A stretch of 20,000 nt of DNA, taken from the sequence record DRR723986_3403. One strand, written 5' to 3'. Position 1 is the first letter of the stretch, and each line of letters begins with the position of its first letter. Below, one piece after another: positions 15,423 to 20,000 of the stretch. A program made the translations under genes and the position numbers. Under the pieces are notes generated by a model. It did no database searches. It saw only the letters and a program-made list of their open reading frames with translations, and was not told where the DNA came from.

Positions 15423-17537
15423 TTAAGTTGCCGTCTCGGTGCTGTTGGAGGTGCGGAAGCCAGACGCAATTGATTCGGCTTTCTCGGAGCTACCGGGAGC
15501 GGGCGAGTCAGCAGAGGCCATCGCTGCTGACCGAACTCTTGGTAAGCAAAGAAATGCCTCCAAGAGCAGAGCAAGAATCATCACAATCAGAAACACTCGC
15601 CAAACCTCGCGAACAATGCCGTTCATCTGTCCTGCGGCTCCGTCGACTCGTGAGAACTGCAATCCACCGAAGAGAGTCTCCAAGTCGCTTGATTCAACGA
15701 CGTCGATCTGATCCTCTTCTGAACTCCGATTGACACTAAACAGTTGGTCGTCACTTCGATAAACGCCAGCAGATGCGCTGAACTGCGTCGACAAGGCTTC
15801 GTCGTCGCCGCTGACCATTTGCCAGGTCGTCGAGGGAACTTCTTTTGCACTTGCGGTGCGAGATGTCGTCTTGCCGAGTGCTTCTAGCCCCTTGTTCATG
15901 GCTCGCTGAATCGCTACGAACAAGACGATTCCGCTCTTCGCCAGACTTGACGTTTCGTTTGCAGCGCTGGTAGCACAGAAGTAAACTCCGCCGCGGTCTG
16001 TCGCGACACGTGCCAGCAAAGGTGCGCCGCCGGAAAGGGATGCCAATTTCGAGAGACTCCCCGACGCCTCGATTGTTGCGTAGCCCCCCAGCTTTAGTGC
16101 ACCGACCGGAAGACCAGATCCGCTTGCCGTCGCCGCCAATAAGTCTTGGTCGCCGCGCCAATTCTCGACCATCACGCTAGCCGCATCGCCAGTATTCCAG
16201 CCGGACCATCGCGTTCCCATGAATTCAGCGTCTGTCCCAACGCCAGTGCCACCAATCAGACTCGTCGGTGGAAAGAAGAGCACTTGCCCGCCTTTGTCGA
16301 CGTAATTCTTAACCGTCCCAGCAGCAGTTCCTTCTGGTAGTGAGGTTTGCCAAACAAGAAGCGACGTGTCATCGAGCACAAGTGAATCAACTTGCTCGGG
16401 CATCATCACCTCGACAGCGGGGTTTTCGCTGCCGTCCTCAGAAATCGATGCGGCAATCTCAACTGCCCGAGTTGCCTCTCGGTCCTCGCTCACAACAACA
16501 ACGCGGCGCAGCGGTGGATCATCAAAGACAAAATAGAACGAGTTGTCTGCGTTGTTAGTGTCGGCGGGAAGGCTGACTCGGCCCCATCCCGTTCGCTGGT
16601 CTCCAGAAAGTGGAATCCGGTGGTTTCCAAGGTCAAGGCGATTGCCCGTCATCTCGCGAGTCAAACTGCTGCGAGCCCCGTCAACTTCAATCTCAATCGT
16701 CACGCTTTCCGGCTCGGTGGGCGGTTCGCTTTCAGTCGAGTCTTGTCGGACGACCTGCATCGAAAGAAGGAGTTCATTGCCGCCAACGGCAGGGCTGTCG
16801 GAATTCGCAACGATTGCCTTGGTAACGCGGATGGCAAGGTTACGCTCGGGCGGCTCCGGGTAAGCGATCAGGTTGATCCCCACCGACTGCGGCAACGCCA
16901 AGAAACCTTCGCGGGCAATGGACCAAGTGCCGCTCTTCTGATTCCAATCACTTTCCCGCAAGTCGGAACAGATCCAAACCTCAGTCGGGCCAGGCTTGTT
17001 GGCTTTCAGGTAATCCAATGCTCCTTGGAAAGTCGTCGCGAGATCGCAAGTAGCGCTGTTGCCACGGAACTCGGGCGAATCCAACATCGTATCCAACTGA
17101 TCAAACTCTTGTGCTTGACCATTAGCATCAATCGTAACCCAGTGAGTTGCACCGAGGGTCTTGAGCGCATCGGCGAGCTGCGTTCGGCCAGTTTCCAACT
17201 TCGAGATACCGCCAACTCCCTGCTGCTGCATGCTTGGAGAGCGATCGAGAATGACAATCGTCGTGTCGACTTTTCCACCGCCGGCCAGACCGAGAAACCC
17301 ACTGGCAAGCGGGCGTGCCACGGCGAACAGCAGACCAGCAACCGCCAGAGTCCGCATGGCCAGGATCAACCATTGCCGCAGTTTCGCAAAACCACGATTC
17401 ATGCGGTTGGCTTGCAGCAGGAACATCATCGCGCCCCAGGGACGCGTCTGGTAACGCCACTGATTGATTAGGTGGATGATGATGGGCATCGCAATCAAAG
17501 GCAATGCGGCCAACAGTAGGGGTTGTAAAAAGCTCAT
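15423..17537 (-). CDS. BatA-type N-terminal double-transmembrane domain + VWA membrane protein
   Basis: MSFLQPLLLAALPLIAMPIIIHLI...W-x-AM-x-FL...R-x-L...ARP (BatA N-terminus); MIDAS LDRSPSM...CSD; C-terminal EVWR...LLLEAFL TM. Its start overlaps the DUF58 stop (ATGA). Confidence 0.88.
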   Translation of the reverse strand: MSFLQPLLLAALPLIAMPIIIHLINQWRYQTRPWGAMMFLLQANRMNRGFAKLRQWLILAMRTLAVAGLLFAVARPLASGFLGLAGGGKVDTTIVILDRSPSMQQQGVGGISKLETGRTQLADALKTLGATHWVTIDANGQAQEFDQLDTMLDSPEFRGNSATCDLATTFQGALDYLKANKPGPTEVWICSDLRESDWNQKSGTWSIAREGFLALPQSVGINLIAYPEPPERNLAIRVTKAIVANSDSPAVGGNELLLSMQVVRQDSTESEPPTEPESVTIEIEVDGARSSLTREMTGNRLDLGNHRIPLSGDQRTGWGRVSLPADTNNADNSFYFVFDDPPLRRVVVVSEDREATRAVEIAASISEDGSENPAVEVMMPEQVDSLVLDDTSLLVWQTSLPEGTAAGTVKNYVDKGGQVLFFPPTSLIGGTGVGTDAEFMGTRWSGWNTGDAASVMVENWRGDQDLLAATASGSGLPVGALKLGGYATIEASGSLSKLASLSGGAPLLARVATDRGGVYFCATSAANETSSLAKSGIVLFVAIQRAMNKGLEALGKTTSRTASAKEVPSTTWQMVSGDDEALSTQFSASAGVYRSDDQLFSVNRSSEEDQIDVVESSDLETLFGGLQFSRVDGAAGQMNGIVREVWRVFLIVMILALLLEAFLCLPRVRSAAMASADSPAPGSSEKAESIASGFRTSNSTETAT

Positions 17538-18445
17538 CCTCGCCTCCCTCGCAGAGCGCGTTCGACCAGGAACTTTTTCAGCTCTTCATCATAGGGCGAG
17601 TCGATCGAAACTCGCCGGTAATCTACAGCCGTCTCTAAGACAACCTTTTGTAACGAATCCAAATAGGTGTTCAGCGCTGTGTGGTAACGATCCGCTATTT
17701 CAACTGGATCTGCAAAAATCGGAGTTCCACCTTCTAAATCGATGAAGCGGGTCGGTCGCTGGAAAGCAAACGCCAACTCCTCCGGGTCAAGCAAGTGAAA
17801 AGCTGCGATATCGTGCTTGCGAAACCTCAGATGCTCGAAGCAATCCCGCAACTCGGCAGGGTCGATGAACAAGTCGGACAGGATAATGACGAGCGCTCGC
17901 TGGCGAACGGTCTCAGCCAGTTCATGCAGCACTTCGGCAAGCCCCGTTTTGCCCTGCGGCTTGGATTCTTCAAGTGTGTCAAAAAGCACTTGCAAGTGAG
18001 CCGGGTTGCGGCGTGGCGGAAGATGCTGCGTAATCTCACCAGCGACGGACGCCAACCCAACGGCGTCGCCTTGGCCAATAGCCAGGTAGCTCAGTGTTGC
18101 GCAGATACGTCGAGCGTACTCGAGCTTTGTCATGCCAACACTGCCAAAGTCCATCGATCCGCTAGTGTCCAAGACAACGACCATCCGCAGATTCGTGTCG
18201 GCTTCGAATTCCTTGATGTAGTATCGATCACTTCGTCCAAATGCTCGCCAGTCCAGTCGCCGTAGGTCATCGCCGGGGACGTACTTGCGGTACTCAGCGA
18301 ATTCGACACTGGCTCCGCGGTGGGGACTGGAGTGACGTCCAGAAACATTCCCAAGCATCGGTTTCCTGGAAAGGAGCGGCAAGGCAGATAGCTGCGCAAG
18401 CACGGCTGGATCCAGGAAGCTGCGTTCTTTGCGTTCTATACTCAC
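17534..18445 (-). CDS. DUF58 domain-containing protein (VWA-like MoxR partner)
   Basis: GRHSSPHRGASVEFAEYRKYVPGDDLRRLDW...YIKEFEADTN...LDTSGSM...GDAVGL...ILSD; GTG start. Confidence 0.93.
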   Translation of the reverse strand: MSIERKERSFLDPAVLAQLSALPLLSRKPMLGNVSGRHSSPHRGASVEFAEYRKYVPGDDLRRLDWRAFGRSDRYYIKEFEADTNLRMVVVLDTSGSMDFGSVGMTKLEYARRICATLSYLAIGQGDAVGLASVAGEITQHLPPRRNPAHLQVLFDTLEESKPQGKTGLAEVLHELAETVRQRALVIILSDLFIDPAELRDCFEHLRFRKHDIAAFHLLDPEELAFAFQRPTRFIDLEGGTPIFADPVEIADRYHTALNTYLDSLQKVVLETAVDYRRVSIDSPYDEELKKFLVERALRGRRG

Positions 18446-18634
18446 AGGGGGCGGTCGCCTTTGGCAGCTCAGCTACGTGAGGAGCTCTTGCTGCCTCCAT
18501 GAAAAACTTGCGGCGGGTTGGAGCCCGTTTCAATATCACCCAATTAGCAGGGAGCGTGGTGAAACGAAGCTTGTTCGAACTTGACTTGGCTGTCGGAAGC
18601 GATCGATGGCGAAGCAAATTCCTGTGCGATGCCC

Positions 18635-18675
18635 CGACCTGCTTCTGCGACACTGCGACCTGCTTTGCACTGCTG
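18635..18675. repeat. Degenerate ~21-bp tandem repeat in the moxR-DUF58 gap
   Basis: CGACCTGCTT occurs at 18635 and 18656, each followed by similar TGC..CTG tails. Confidence 0.55.
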
Positions 18676-18764
18676 CGGCTGGTAGCTTCACAGGCAAATA
18701 CATTCGGTGAAGAATCCAGATTACCGTGAAGTCAGCGTCTTCGCTGGTGCAGAGTTGCCGGCCG

Positions 18765-19784
18765 CTATGCGTCAGGTGTTTCTTCAACCAAACGACGGAT
18801 GATGTCGCTGGCTGTGACGCGTTCGGCCTGAGCCGCAAACGTTGTAATGACACGGTGAGTCAGAACTGCAGGTGCAATGGCCTGTACATCTTCCACGCGG
18901 ACCATGTAACTACCCTTGAGCGCGGCTCGAGCTTTCGCGCCCAGAATCAAGTTCTGGACTGCTCGCGGACCACCGCCCCATGAAACAAGTGGTTTCAACC
19001 AATCAGGGGCCGTTTCGCCGGCTGGACGAGTCTTCCTGACCAGGCGAGCACAATAGGTATAAATATGGTCCGGCACGGGGACTCGCCGCACCAAACTCTG
19101 GTGCGAGATGATTTCTTCGGCCGTCATCAGATGGTCAAGAGTCTGCATTGCTTCGCCAGTTGTTGTCTTGGCGATCATGATCTCTTCTTCTTCGTTGGGG
19201 TAATCCAACTCGATCAAAGACATGAACCGGTCAAGCTGTGCTTCCGGAAGCGGGTAGGTCCCTTCCTGCTCGACAGGGTTTTGCGTAGCCAGCACCAAGA
19301 AGGGTGGGGGCAACTCAAAGACCTTCCCCAGCACAGTCACTCGCTGTTCCTGCATCGCCTCCAGTAAGGCAGCTTGAGTCTTTGGTGGGGCACGGTTAAT
19401 TTCATCAGCAAGGACGACATTCGCAAAAATCGGCCCCTTAACAAATTGGAACTCCCTTCGCCCCTCTTCGTTTTCCTGCAAAATATCGGTGCCGGTAATG
19501 TCCATCGGCATCAGGTCGGGAGTGAACTGAATTCGGTTGAATCCAAGCGACATCGTCTCGGCAAGCTTGCTGACGAGAAGCGTCTTCGCAAGCCCGGGTA
19601 CACCCATCAGCAAAGCATGCCGACGGGCGAATAGGCAAATCGCCAATTGCTCAATCGTGTCAGACTGACCGACAATCACTTTGCCCAATTCGGCCACGAG
19701 TCGGCCGTAGGCATCGCGAAGGCGATCGATCGCTTGCACATCGTCACCACTTAGTTGCTGCACTTCTGCCGCACTAGCACTCAT
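18765..19784 (-). CDS. moxR: MoxR-family AAA+ ATPase (MoxR proper type)
   Basis: Walker A GVPGLAKT, RIQFTPDLMP, Walker B LADEINRAPPKTQAALLEAMQE, ATQNPVEQEGTYPLPEAQLDRF; GAGGA SD 6 nt before the ATG. Confidence 0.96.
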   Translation of the reverse strand: MSASAAEVQQLSGDDVQAIDRLRDAYGRLVAELGKVIVGQSDTIEQLAICLFARRHALLMGVPGLAKTLLVSKLAETMSLGFNRIQFTPDLMPMDITGTDILQENEEGRREFQFVKGPIFANVVLADEINRAPPKTQAALLEAMQEQRVTVLGKVFELPPPFLVLATQNPVEQEGTYPLPEAQLDRFMSLIELDYPNEEEEIMIAKTTTGEAMQTLDHLMTAEEIISHQSLVRRVPVPDHIYTYCARLVRKTRPAGETAPDWLKPLVSWGGGPRAVQNLILGAKARAALKGSYMVRVEDVQAIAPAVLTHRVITTFAAQAERVTASDIIRRLVEETPDA

Positions 19785-19811
19785 GTTGCATCCTCATGTT
19801 TATCAAAATCT

Positions 19812-19911
19812 CCTCCCACCAGACACTCACTTGCGTCGACTCCTGTATGGCTACAGAAGCAACACTGCTTGTGTGATTTTTTGAAATCGACGTGAGTTGG
19901 TTGGCGGGAGG
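19812..19911 (-). promoter_or_regulatory. Putative structured 5' leader RNA of the moxR operon
   Basis: Nested stems CCUCCCGCCA/UGGUGGGAGG, ACUCAC/GUGAGU and GUCGAUU/AGUCGAC enclose two abutting 5-bp hairpins. The G-U pairs form only on the minus strand. Confidence 0.6.
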
Positions 19912-19970
19912 CGCGTTTCGCAGGCGGGGCCCAAGACGACGGTAATCTGCAAGGAGCTGCAGGCACCGGG

Positions 19971-19993
19971 CGTCAAGCTTGACGACCAGTATA
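19971..19993 (-). promoter_or_regulatory. Candidate sigma70 -10 box (TATACT) with an adjacent perfect 14-bp palindrome (operator-like)
   Basis: CGTCAAGCTTGACG at 19971-19984 is its own reverse complement; minus-strand TATACT lies at 19993-19988. The -35 box would fall outside the window. Confidence 0.5.
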
Positions 19994-20000
19994 ACTTGTT

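Noticed and set aside
16392-17471. 359-aa plus-strand ORF and other long antisense ORFs (e.g. 5423-6019, 9552-10169, 13468-14097)
   Set aside because: They lie wholly antisense to well-supported genes and have no motifs; typical shadow ORFs in moderately GC-rich DNA.
18294-18983. Short ORFs spanning the moxR-DUF58 gap
   Set aside because: Most overlap moxR or DUF58 out of frame; the one confined to the gap (18499-18729) is antisense to the operon. None resembles a known family.
19812-19911. tRNA or tRNA remnant (cloverleaf-like look)
   Set aside because: No T-loop GTTCRA, no D-loop GG, no 7-nt anticodon loop or CCA end; the stem lengths do not fit.
19781-19966. 61-aa ORF whose stop overlaps the moxR ATG (ATGA)
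   Set aside because: No SD, no recognisable protein features, and an ATGA overlap arises easily by chance. The region is better explained as a structured leader.

Overview
Bacterial chromosomal DNA, most likely from a planctomycete (Pirellulaceae-like; inferred from protein style and gene content, not from a marker gene). The left end holds an LPS/Kdo cluster on the minus strand (kdsD, kdsC, then the start of a membrane-anchored protein that runs off the edge) and a divergent DUF2062-like membrane protein. The remaining ~16.5 kb (3253-19784) is one co-oriented nine-gene minus-strand cluster. In order of transcription it encodes: a MoxR AAA+ ATPase, a DUF58/VWA protein, a BatA-type VWA membrane protein, a second VWA/GATase-like membrane protein, a 1110-aa membrane-anchored coiled-coil protein, two apparently paralogous exported helical proteins, an exported prenyltransferase/squalene-oxidase-repeat barrel, and a 981-aa exported repeat protein ending in a WCGPC TlpA thioredoxin domain. 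The cluster also has a non-coding layer. A candidate -10 box sits next to a perfect 14-bp palindrome, a ~100-nt multi-stem leader precedes moxR, and long stem-loops lie in the intercistronic gaps, several with G-U pairs that form only on the coding strand. No rRNA, tRNA, CRISPR array or mobile element was seen. All family and structure calls are by eye; no searches or folding programs were run.
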